Of a stretch of DNA of 64,000 nucleotides, positions 21,303 to 29,854 are shown one piece after another (the stretch's first letter is position 1; each line of letters opens with the position of its first letter). The notes beneath the pieces were generated by a model, which worked only from the letters and a program-made list of their open reading frames with translations, was not told where the DNA came from and ran no database searches. The DNA comes from Phycisphaerales bacterium (lineage in GTDB: Bacteria > Planctomycetota > Phycisphaerae > Phycisphaerales > UBA1924): NCBI GenBank assembly GCA_044222255.1, contig JBGANP010000007.1:2327-66326 (forward strand). The letters run 5' to 3'. The translations under genes were made by a program, and so were the position numbers.

Positions 21303-22040
21303 TCACCGCCTCCGCCGCGCCGCCGCCGCCAGCCCGATCCCCACCAGCACGATCGCCCCCGGCTCGGGAATCGTCCGTACCCGGTAGTTGTCAAAGTACC
21401 CCTCATCCGCAGACGTATTAAACGTTGCCACCTGCACATCCGCGTGGCTCATGCCCGGCGAAAACACACTCGTCATCGCCAGCCCCGTACCCGTCGGCAC
21501 CCCGTCGATCAGCAGTGCCCACGTGTGGTTCGTGAAGTTCAACTGCATCTCGAAGTGAACCCACTGCATCGGCGCGTACACGATCGGGTTGGCCGGCGCG
21601 GTCCCCGTCACCAATGTCCGCACCGCCCTGATGGTGTTGCCATCGCGCCCAAGCCCCGCCCTCGCAACGCGCTGCCCATCCAGCCCGTACACATCGATCA
21701 GATACCCGAAGCTCGGCGACATGCCCCCGGTCGTCCGCGCGATGTCGCACTCGATGGAGAGCAGTTCGCCAACTCCCGGCACATAATCAATCTTCGGGAA
21801 GAACCTGTTGTTCGTGACATCGCTCCCCACACGCACCGCCTGCGCGCCCTCGCTCGCCACCGATGATTGCACCGTCGCAGTGTTTGCCGTCACGCGGTCC
21901 GCGTACCAGTCGTTCTGCCCCGCGAGCTTTCCGGTCGAGTAGTACGGCGCCTCAAACCCCTTCGCGTCAAACAACACCGTCGCGCGCGCGGACGCGGCCA
22001 CTCCCACCATGACCAAAGCTCCCAGCGCCCACAACCGCAT
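21303..22040 (-). CDS. PEP-CTERM sorting-domain secreted protein
   Basis: Signal MRLWALGALVMVGVAASARA. C-terminus IPEPGAIVLVGIGLAAAARRRR. Confidence 0.75.
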   Translation of the reverse strand: MRLWALGALVMVGVAASARATVLFDAKGFEAPYYSTGKLAGQNDWYADRVTANTATVQSSVASEGAQAVRVGSDVTNNRFFPKIDYVPGVGELLSIECDIARTTGGMSPSFGYLIDVYGLDGQRVARAGLGRDGNTIRAVRTLVTGTAPANPIVYAPMQWVHFEMQLNFTNHTWALLIDGVPTGTGLAMTSVFSPGMSHADVQVATFNTSADEGYFDNYRVRTIPEPGAIVLVGIGLAAAARRRR

Positions 22041-22358
22041 CCCGCTCTCCTTCCTCCACACCGGCGCGCTACATCACCGCGGCCCAAAGCCGCAACACCA
22101 ACGCACCGAAGTCGAGGGCTCTCTTCTCAACTCCCGCCCGACAAAGCCGGGCCTCTCGCAAGTGTGTCCGATCCCGGTGCTCCGTCAAGCCCCCCAAGTT
22201 CCCATTTCAATCTGATTGCGATTTCACGGGCTTGCCGTGGCCATTTCCGCACGCCTTGGACCGAAAACATCCACACGAGCGCACATAACCGCCCCCGCAA
22301 CAAAAAGCGGCACGTCTCCATCGCAACATCACTTTTCGCCTCCCAACGCACTCAGAGA

Positions 22359-22901
22359 TCAGAACAGCTTCTGCTGGTCCTTCAGTTCCTTCGGCCGCGC
22401 ATCCAGATCGCGCAGCTCCTGCACAAACTGCCCCACATTCTCGAACTGATAGTGCTCGCTCGCGAACCGCACATACGCGACCTTGTCCAGCGCGGCCAGC
22501 TTCTGCATCACCCGCTCACCGATCGCGCTCGACGGCGCTTCCCGATCAAACTCGCGATACAACTCCTCCTCCACCTCATCCACCAGTTGCCGCTTCGCCT
22601 GCTCGGAAACCGGCCGCTTTCCGCACGCCGCCAGCACGCCCTTCAGCACGTTCTCCCGATTGAACGGCACCCGCGTCCCATCCCGCTTCACCACCATCAG
22701 CCGCGCCGTCTCCTCAACCTTCTCGTACGTCGTGAACCGCCGCTCGCACTTCAGACACTCGCGCCGACGCCGCACCACCCGCCCCCCATCGCTGGCGCGG
22801 CTGTCGATCACCTTGTCGTCGTTATGCCCGCAATACGGACAGATCACTTCGCGTACCTCATTGACCGCCCGCAGCAGCCGACAAGGCCGCAAGCAAGGCA
22901 T
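22359..22901 (-). CDS. nrdR: transcriptional repressor NrdR
   Basis: Zinc ribbon CPYCGHNDDKVIDSR...CLKCERRFTTYE plus ATP-cone. The start is ATG 22901 or an internal GTG near 22847. Confidence 0.88.
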   Translation of the reverse strand: MPCLRPCRLLRAVNEVREVICPYCGHNDDKVIDSRASDGGRVVRRRRECLKCERRFTTYEKVEETARLMVVKRDGTRVPFNRENVLKGVLAACGKRPVSEQAKRQLVDEVEEELYREFDREAPSSAIGERVMQKLAALDKVAYVRFASEHYQFENVGQFVQELRDLDARPKELKDQQKLF

Positions 22902-23155
22902 GGGTAGTGTCGCCGATCGGCGCGGCCGCGTCAAACAGGATTCTGCCTTCCGCACGGAGTGCGCACGATCGTTGACGGTGGCGCAGCGACGCTCTGGGAG
23001 CAAGCCACCGGTGCGCAGCCACCATTTCCCTTCTTTCTACTACTTTTCCGCCCGGCGGAGGGCGGACGACTTGGACGCCCAACGTGCCCGGGCATCACCA
23101 AACTAGAGTCAAACCTCACCAAACCCCCCTTTCCACTTTCGCCTATACTCCGCCC

Positions 23156-23206
23156 ATGAACGGCCAGACGACGACGACAACCACTCTCCCAGCACACAGC
23201 GGCTAG
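23156..23206 (+). CDS. candidate thrS leader peptide, MNGQTTTTTTLPAHSG
   Basis: ATG AAC GGC CAG ACG ACG ACG ACA ACC ACT CTC CCA GCA CAC AGC GGC TAG. Six consecutive Thr codons, 27 nt upstream of a terminator hairpin and 127 nt upstream of the thrS ATG. TATACT hexamer 6 nt before the ATG. Confidence 0.55.
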   Translation: MNGQTTTTTTLPAHSG

Positions 23207-23232
23207 CCGGCCCGCTGCCCCTCTGTCCTCCC

Positions 23233-23259
23233 AAAGCCCGGCACCACGCCGGGTTTTTT
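23233..23259 (+). terminator. intrinsic terminator / candidate attenuator upstream of thrS
   Basis: AAAGCCCGGC-ACCAC-GCCGGGTTTTTT (GC stem plus T6 tract). Confidence 0.7.
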
Positions 23260-23288
23260 CATTTCGCCCCGTACCATCCCGCCCCTCC

Positions 23289-23324
23289 GATTTGCCCTTT
23301 GCTATTTGCCCATTTGCTATTTGG
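23289..23324 (+). promoter_or_regulatory. ATTTGC-type short direct repeats in the thrS 5' UTR
   Basis: GATTTGCCCTTTGCTATTTGCCCATTTGCTATTTGG. The 11-mer TTTGCTATTTG occurs twice (23298, 23313), ending 9 nt before the thrS ATG. Confidence 0.35.
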
Positions 23325-23332
23325 ATCCCCCT

Positions 23333-25684
23333 ATGCCCCGCATCACCCTCCCCGATGGCTCCGTCAAAGAGTTCCCCGCACCCGTCACCGCTCGCCAGGT
23401 CGCCGAGTCCATCGGCCCGCGCCTCGCCATGGCCGCCGTCGGCGCCAAGATCAACGGCGAGATCCGCGACCTCAGCACCGTCATGTCCGATGACGCCGCG
23501 CTCGCCATCATCACTCCCACCACCCGCGACAAGAAGCCCGACCCGGATGCCCTCTTCCTCATCCGCCACTCCGCGGCCCACGTCATGGCCGAAGCCATCC
23601 AGCGCATCGTCCCCGGTGCGCAACTCGTCTACGGCCCCGCGCTCGAAGACAAGTTCTACTACGACATCAAGTTCCCCGACAACCGCCCGCTCAAAGACGG
23701 CGACTTCGCGGCCATCGAAGCCGAGATGAAGAAGATCATCGCGGAGGATCGGCCTTTCACCCGCTACGAAGTCAGCGGGCCAGATGGGCTCTCGCGATTG
23801 CAGCGAGAGGGAAACAAATACAAAGTCGACAACGCAGAAAAGGCACTTGGTCTCCCAAGCAGTGTCTACAAGTCCGCGGCCCCCGCGCCTGCCAAGAAGC
23901 CAATCACAATCGGAGATCTGGCATCTGCCGCCAAGGTTCATGCAGCAGACATCATCAAGCGGTTTTTTCTCCAAGGGGAACTCGCCACGGTCCACACCGT
24001 CCTCGACCACGAAAAGGCCCAACAGGTCGCCCGGGATCTCGGCATCACTCTCGATGGCGTGAAGCGCTCCGAAGATCTGTCCTTCTACGCCACCGGCACC
24101 CCCGGCCAAAACTGGGAAGACCTCTGCCGCGGCCCCCACGTCCCCAGCACCGGCCGCATCGGCGCCGTCAAAGTCATGTCCCTCGCCTCGAGCTATTGGC
24201 ACGGCGATGAAAACTCCGACCGCCTCACCCGCGTCTACGGCACCGCCTTCGCCACCCAAGCCGATCTCGACGCCTTCCTGAAGCAGAAGGAAGAGGCCTC
24301 CGCCCGCGACCACCGCGTCATCGGCAAGCAACTCCGTCTCTTCCACATCGATGAAACCGTCGGCCAGGGCCTCATCCTCTGGACCCCCAACGGCTCCATC
24401 ATCCGCAAGGAACTCCAGAACTTCATCGGCGCCGAGCTGCGCAAGCAGGGCTACACCGAGGTCTTCACCCCGCACATCGGCTCTCTCGACCTCTACAAGA
24501 CCTCCGGCCACTTCCCCTATTACAAAGACGCCCAGTTCCCGCCGATCATCGAGCGACAGACTCTCGACGCCCTCTGCGCCGATGGCTGCAGCTGCGCCGA
24601 CGTCATGCGCCGCGTCGAGGGCGTCTCCCAACGCCTTGCCGACGGCATCAACGAACGCACCAAGGCCACCACCATCGCCACCGACCGCATCATGCCCGAC
24701 GATCAACTCGTCCAAGGCTTCATGCTCAAGCCCATGAACTGCCCGCACCACGCCAAGATCTTCGGCTCCGCTCCGCACTCCTACCGCGACATGCCCGTCC
24801 GCCTCGCCGAGTTCGGCACCGTCTACCGCTGGGAGCAATCCGGCGAACTCAACGGCATGACCCGCGTCCGCGGCTTCACTCAGGATGATGCCCACCTCTT
24901 CTGCACCGAGGACCAGATCCCCGGCGAGATTCAGGGCTGCCTCTCCCTCGTCAAAACCATCTTCAACATCCTCGGCATGAAGGACTACCGCGTCCGCGTC
25001 GGCCTCCGCGACCCCGACTCCTCTAAGTACACCGGCGCTAAAGACAGTTGGGACAAAGCCGAAGCCGCCTGCATCGACGCCGCCAAGTCCCTCGGCGTTC
25101 CCTTCAGTCAGGAGCCCGGCGAAGCCGCGTTCTACGGCCCCAAGATCGACTTCGTCGTCAAGGACGTCATCGGCCGCGAATGGCAGCTTGGCACCGTGCA
25201 GGTCGATTACCAAATGGGAAACCGCTTCGACCTCTCGTACATCGGCCCCGACAACAAGCCCCACCGCCCCGTCGTCATCCACCGCGCCCCCTTCGGGTCC
25301 ATGGAGCGTTTCTGCGGCGTGCTCATCGAGCATTTCGCCGGCGCCTTCCCCACCTGGCTCTCCCCCGAACAGGTCCGCGTTCTTCCCATCAGCGAGAAGA
25401 CCATCGACTACGCCCGCACCGTCGAGGCCGCCCTGAAGTCCGCCGGCGTCCGCGTCTCCCTCGATGAGTCCAACGACCGCATCCAGGGCAAGATCAAGGT
25501 CGCCGCCGAAATGAAGATCCCCTACCTCCTCATAGTCGGCCCCCGCGACGCCGAGCAAAACGCCGTCTCCATCCGCATGCGCGGCACCGACAAAGACGCC
25601 GGCTCCATGCCGCTCGCCAACTTCGTCTCCGCCATCAGCGCAGAAATCGCCGAACGCAAGGCGGAACTCTCCGTCAAGCCATAA
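23333..25684 (+). CDS. thrS: threonine--tRNA ligase (with two lineage-specific insertions)
   Basis: MPRITLPDGSVKEF (TGS), RHSAAHVMAEAI (editing HxxxH), PMNCPHH, RVRGFTQDDAHLFC, class II core and anticodon-binding domain. ATG 23333. Confidence 0.95.
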   Translation: MPRITLPDGSVKEFPAPVTARQVAESIGPRLAMAAVGAKINGEIRDLSTVMSDDAALAIITPTTRDKKPDPDALFLIRHSAAHVMAEAIQRIVPGAQLVYGPALEDKFYYDIKFPDNRPLKDGDFAAIEAEMKKIIAEDRPFTRYEVSGPDGLSRLQREGNKYKVDNAEKALGLPSSVYKSAAPAPAKKPITIGDLASAAKVHAADIIKRFFLQGELATVHTVLDHEKAQQVARDLGITLDGVKRSEDLSFYATGTPGQNWEDLCRGPHVPSTGRIGAVKVMSLASSYWHGDENSDRLTRVYGTAFATQADLDAFLKQKEEASARDHRVIGKQLRLFHIDETVGQGLILWTPNGSIIRKELQNFIGAELRKQGYTEVFTPHIGSLDLYKTSGHFPYYKDAQFPPIIERQTLDALCADGCSCADVMRRVEGVSQRLADGINERTKATTIATDRIMPDDQLVQGFMLKPMNCPHHAKIFGSAPHSYRDMPVRLAEFGTVYRWEQSGELNGMTRVRGFTQDDAHLFCTEDQIPGEIQGCLSLVKTIFNILGMKDYRVRVGLRDPDSSKYTGAKDSWDKAEAACIDAAKSLGVPFSQEPGEAAFYGPKIDFVVKDVIGREWQLGTVQVDYQMGNRFDLSYIGPDNKPHRPVVIHRAPFGSMERFCGVLIEHFAGAFPTWLSPEQVRVLPISEKTIDYARTVEAALKSAGVRVSLDESNDRIQGKIKVAAEMKIPYLLIVGPRDAEQNAVSIRMRGTDKDAGSMPLANFVSAISAEIAERKAELSVKP

Positions 25685-25703
25685 ACCGCCATGATCAGGG
25701 GAG

Positions 25704-25729
25704 CACGCCGCACAAATCACCGCGGCGTG
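25704..25729 (+). terminator. stem-loop after thrS
   Basis: CACGCCGC-10 nt-GCGGCGTG then TTCC. No strong T tract. Confidence 0.4.
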
Positions 25730-25776
25730 TTCCATGGTCCGGTAAAGCACGCCCGTGGGCCGGTCGAAAAACGATC

Positions 25777-26436
25777 ATGCTCACCGACCCCGCCGTCACT
25801 CGCCTCACCGCCCTCGGCGAGTTCTACCAGGCCGCCACCGCCATCGCCACCGTTCCCGGCTGGCTCCACGAGCTTGAGGGCTACGCCCTCATGACGCTCG
25901 TCGCGCACGACCCATGCGACGGTGTCATCGCCGAGATCGGTTCCTTCAAGGGCCGCTCCACCTGCTGGCTCGCCGCTGGCCTCAAGCACGTCGCCGCCTC
26001 CGGCCGCACACCCGGCGTCGTCTACGCCATCGACCACTTCACTGGTTCCCCCGAACACCAGCCCGGCGGCACGCATCCCGATTCCGACATCGCCGCCCAC
26101 GGCAGCACCCTCCCCGCCTTCCGCGCCAACCTTTCCCGCCTCGGCCTCGGCGACATGGTCGAGCCCATCGTCGCACCGTCGCTCAAGGCCGCGCCAACTT
26201 GGGACCATGGCCCCATCCGCCTCCTCTTCATCGATGGCGACCACTCCTACGACGCCTCGCGCGCCGACTTCGAGGCCTGGAAACCCCACATCGCCCCCGG
26301 CGGTCTCGTCGGCTTCCACGATGTCGGCGCGTGGGAAGGCGTGACGCGCTTCTACACCGAACTCCTCGCCGCAAATCCCGCGTACAAGGAAGTCGCCTCA
26401 ATCAACTCGCTGCGCATCATCCGCATGGCGGCGTAG
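25777..26436 (+). CDS. class I SAM-dependent methyltransferase (Methyltransf_24/CmcI-like)
   Basis: VIAEIGSFKGRST...LLFIDGDHSYDASRADFEAW...GGLVGFHD. Confidence 0.75.
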   Translation: MLTDPAVTRLTALGEFYQAATAIATVPGWLHELEGYALMTLVAHDPCDGVIAEIGSFKGRSTCWLAAGLKHVAASGRTPGVVYAIDHFTGSPEHQPGGTHPDSDIAAHGSTLPAFRANLSRLGLGDMVEPIVAPSLKAAPTWDHGPIRLLFIDGDHSYDASRADFEAWKPHIAPGGLVGFHDVGAWEGVTRFYTELLAANPAYKEVASINSLRIIRMAA

Positions 26437-26586
26437 CTTCGCTCACTCATCACGCTGCCCATTTGCAAGTGCCCGCTCACTTGCACGCATCGCTCACGGT
26501 TCCTCGCATCGCGCGCCGATACTCGCGCCCGCGCCACACCGCGCGACGCTGAACATCCGCCCGCCCCACATCCAGAGTCCCCGCCC

Positions 26587-27882
26587 ATGCGATATTCCTA
26601 TCAGGTCTCCGCCGGCGCGCTCGCCTGCGCCGCCTCGGTGATCGGCTGCACCGTCGCCCTCCACCTCTACCGCATGCACCGCGGCCGCCGCTTCTGCCCC
26701 GGCCCGCGCTCGTCGTGGTACGCGTTCCTCTCTCCGCTCCGCCTTTTCATCCTCCCGGGCTGCGGATACAACCTCTCCGGCCTGCCCATCGCCCCCTGCG
26801 GCTCGCTCACGTGCCCCGAATGCGGCCGCAAACTCCGCGATATCACCCAAGCCCGCACCCACCCCTCCCGCTTCCGCTGGCACCGCCCCGCCCTCATCGC
26901 CATCGCTGTCGCGTGGTTTCTCGCGCTCACCGATTCGGCACGCACCGGCCAGTGGAGCACGCACGCCCCCGACTGGCTCGTCATCGCCCACCGCGTCGTC
27001 CTCGGCAAGCACGGCATCCCATCGCTCAACCAGCGCGCCGATCACCGCCTCTCCACACGCATCTTCTCGCCCACTCAACTCGACTGGATCATCCCCAGCT
27101 ACATCGACGATCTTCGCAACGACGAGATCCCCTGGAACGCCGACAACGCCATCGCCCATCTCACGCGCATCGGCCTCCCGGCCGTTCCACGCTTGAACGT
27201 TGCACTCGATTCTTCCGACTACCAGCAGCGACAGCTCGCGGCCCACATCCTGCGACAGATTCTCGACAACACCGCCTTCCAAGGATTCATACCCTCCGAT
27301 CGCCTTCTTGCTATCACAGCCGAGGGCTTGCGTTCCGACACGCTTCCCTTTGATCCCGGCGACGACACGCGGCCGGCGCACGGCCTGTACGTCAACAACG
27401 CCCGCGAGGGCATGGACTTTCTCGCGCACTTCCCCCTTCGTGCCCAGCCCGACTTGCTCCGCGCCATGCGCTCCTCCGACCAGCAGGCCAGATTCCTCGC
27501 CGCCGTCATCGCCACTCAATCCGATCCACCGGTTCTCCTGTCTGATGCCGCTCCGATCCTCATCTCGCACCTCAAAGACAACGCCATCGGCGAAGACGCC
27601 AAGTTCGCTGCCTCCGCGCTGAAAGCCGCCGGCCCGATCGCGATCCCCTATCTCCAATCCGCCGCGCACTCCACCGACGACCAGCAGCGAAACACCGCGC
27701 TCTTGGTCCTCCTCGACCTCATCACCGAACCCACCGAGGCCGAATCCCTCCGCCGCCCGCTCCAGCACATCTCCTCGATCTACTTCGACCCGCCCCGGCT
27801 CACCCCCGCCGACATCAACACCTACGCCCCCTTCCCGGATTTCCCCGCCACCGCCCTTACATCTGATCTCGCCCCGCGGTAA
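26587..27882 (+). CDS. membrane-anchored zinc-ribbon / HEAT-like repeat protein
   Basis: PGCGYNLSGLPIAPCGSLTCPECGRKL near the N-terminus, a TM helix, then alpha-helical repeat-like remainder. Confidence 0.6.
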   Translation: MRYSYQVSAGALACAASVIGCTVALHLYRMHRGRRFCPGPRSSWYAFLSPLRLFILPGCGYNLSGLPIAPCGSLTCPECGRKLRDITQARTHPSRFRWHRPALIAIAVAWFLALTDSARTGQWSTHAPDWLVIAHRVVLGKHGIPSLNQRADHRLSTRIFSPTQLDWIIPSYIDDLRNDEIPWNADNAIAHLTRIGLPAVPRLNVALDSSDYQQRQLAAHILRQILDNTAFQGFIPSDRLLAITAEGLRSDTLPFDPGDDTRPAHGLYVNNAREGMDFLAHFPLRAQPDLLRAMRSSDQQARFLAAVIATQSDPPVLLSDAAPILISHLKDNAIGEDAKFAASALKAAGPIAIPYLQSAAHSTDDQQRNTALLVLLDLITEPTEAESLRRPLQHISSIYFDPPRLTPADINTYAPFPDFPATALTSDLAPR

Positions 27883-27910
27883 ACTGGCGGCCTGCCCCCA
27901 GGAGCCGCCC

Positions 27911-29110
27911 ATGCCCTCCATGCCGCACAGATTCCCTCGCCAAGCCCACCTCCGCCGCGCCGCCTTCGCCTTCGGCGGTTGGGTCATGCTCCTCTTCCTC
28001 ATCCTCATCGGTGTCTGCATCGTTAACTCCTATCTCACCTGGTCGCGTCTCCCTCCTCCTGGGCGCGGCGCGTATCAAGCCGGCTTCCGCCTCGGCATCT
28101 GGTTCGTTCCCGTGATCGTCCCACTCGTCGCCCTCGGCCTTGGCTGGCTCGTCGGCAAGCTCGTCGCCCTCATGTTCGGCAACTCCGATGATGCAGGCAA
28201 CATCGGCGCGTCCGTCATCCTTCTCAGTCTCATCGCGCTCTTCGGCTACGGCATCTACTCCTCCGCGACTGCGCCAGCGCCCGCCACGAACACCGCCAGT
28301 TCTGGCACATACTCGACGTCGCCCAATGGCCCCGCACCCTCAGACGCCTCCGAGTCCGCCGCTCGCCTCGCCGACCAGCAGAAGGCCCAACTCAAGGCCA
28401 TGCAGGATCGCAACCAGCAGAACCTCGATGCCATGCGCGAGGCCAGTCGCAAGCAACTCGAAGCCCTCCGCAACGGCACGCCCGGCGCCACCCAACCGCC
28501 GACTCCTGCCGCGCCCCCGCCTTCGACATCGCCCGCCGCGCAATCACCCAACACTACTCCTTCGACTCCCTCCGCGCCGTCTCTCAATCCGAACATTCGC
28601 CCCGTCATCGACGCCTTTGAAAAAGATCTCGACGCGAAGATCGATGCTCTCATCGCCCTCTCCTCCAAGACCGTCCCCACACTCCAGCGCACACCACCGC
28701 ACGATGCCGGCCGCATCAAGTCCCGCCTCGCCGAGGCCGAGGCCCTGCGTGCCGCCGCCGATGCCGTGAAGCGTCTGATGGATGAGGCCACCAACTCGCT
28801 CACCTCCAAGCTCGAGGGCGCGGGCATCCCCGCCTCCGAAGCACACACCGCCGCGTTCCGCTGGTCCGGCTTCGATTACAAGTCCGCCACGCGCGGCTTC
28901 GCCGCATCTTCCCTCATCCGCATCGCCGACAAGACCCGCGAGGAGTGCGAGTATCTCACCGACAACCTCGGCAAGTGGACGCTCGACTCACATGGCGATG
29001 TGAAGTGCGATGACTTCCAGACCAAGAGCAAGATCAACTCGCTCAGATTCTTCGTCAAGGCCGAAGCCGATCGCCGCACCGCGATCGAGGACCAGCTCCG
29101 CGGCCGCTAA
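27911..29110 (+). CDS. membrane protein with Pro/Ala/Ser linker and coiled-coil C-terminal domain
   Basis: Three N-terminal TM helices. No family recognised. Confidence 0.55.
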   Translation: MPSMPHRFPRQAHLRRAAFAFGGWVMLLFLILIGVCIVNSYLTWSRLPPPGRGAYQAGFRLGIWFVPVIVPLVALGLGWLVGKLVALMFGNSDDAGNIGASVILLSLIALFGYGIYSSATAPAPATNTASSGTYSTSPNGPAPSDASESAARLADQQKAQLKAMQDRNQQNLDAMREASRKQLEALRNGTPGATQPPTPAAPPPSTSPAAQSPNTTPSTPSAPSLNPNIRPVIDAFEKDLDAKIDALIALSSKTVPTLQRTPPHDAGRIKSRLAEAEALRAAADAVKRLMDEATNSLTSKLEGAGIPASEAHTAAFRWSGFDYKSATRGFAASSLIRIADKTREECEYLTDNLGKWTLDSHGDVKCDDFQTKSKINSLRFFVKAEADRRTAIEDQLRGR

Positions 29111-29131
29111 ACCGCCTCGCACAGCCCCTTC

Positions 29132-29779
29132 TCACAGCCGAATCTCCCCGATCTGCGCCACCACAACATCCGCCTCGTGCAGCTTCTCCCGCGGATACGT
29201 GTGGCACACCCCCACCACCCGCATCCCCGCGCTCTTCCCCGCGCGAATCCCCGTCGGCGTGTCCTCGATCGCCAGACACGCGTTCGGCTCCACGCCCAGC
29301 GTCTTCGCCGCCAGCAGATATCCATCCGGAGCTGGCTTCATCCGCGGCACATCATCCCCACAGACCAGCGCATCCAGCACATCGCGCACGCCGATCCGCT
29401 CCAGCATCGTCCCCACCGTCTCCCGCACCGATCCGGAACAGACCGCCACCGGCCCGCGGCGCTTGGCCGCGCGAACCAGTTCGACCGCTCCCGGCTGGAT
29501 CGTGAACTTCTCGGCGTCGATGCCCTGCCCCATCAATCCCCACTTCACCCGCAGCTGCGCAGCAACACGCTCCTCATCCACGCGCTCTCCGTTCCACTCC
29601 GCGATCTTTCGGAACGCGTTCTCATCTCCGCGCCCGACGATCTCCGCGAAGAAACGCTCCGTCGTGAACGTCCACCCAAGCGGCGTCACCGTCTCGCGGA
29701 TCGCCCACTCGTGCAGCGGCTCGGAATCCACCAGCACCCCGTCAAAGTCGAAGATGATCGCCCGTATTCCTTGCAGCAT
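29132..29779 (-). CDS. HAD-superfamily hydrolase (beta-phosphoglucomutase family)
   Basis: IIFDFDGVLVDSEPLH (DxDG motif I), CSGS, EDTPTGIRAGKSAG. Start at MLQGIRA. Confidence 0.85.
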   Translation of the reverse strand: MLQGIRAIIFDFDGVLVDSEPLHEWAIRETVTPLGWTFTTERFFAEIVGRGDENAFRKIAEWNGERVDEERVAAQLRVKWGLMGQGIDAEKFTIQPGAVELVRAAKRRGPVAVCSGSVRETVGTMLERIGVRDVLDALVCGDDVPRMKPAPDGYLLAAKTLGVEPNACLAIEDTPTGIRAGKSAGMRVVGVCHTYPREKLHEADVVVAQIGEIRL

Positions 29780-29854
29780 GGCCGAAAAGATACGAGCCCC
29801 GCGCGGCATTGTCCGCGCGGGGCTCGCGAGAGCATCGAGATTATCCGGCGAGAA

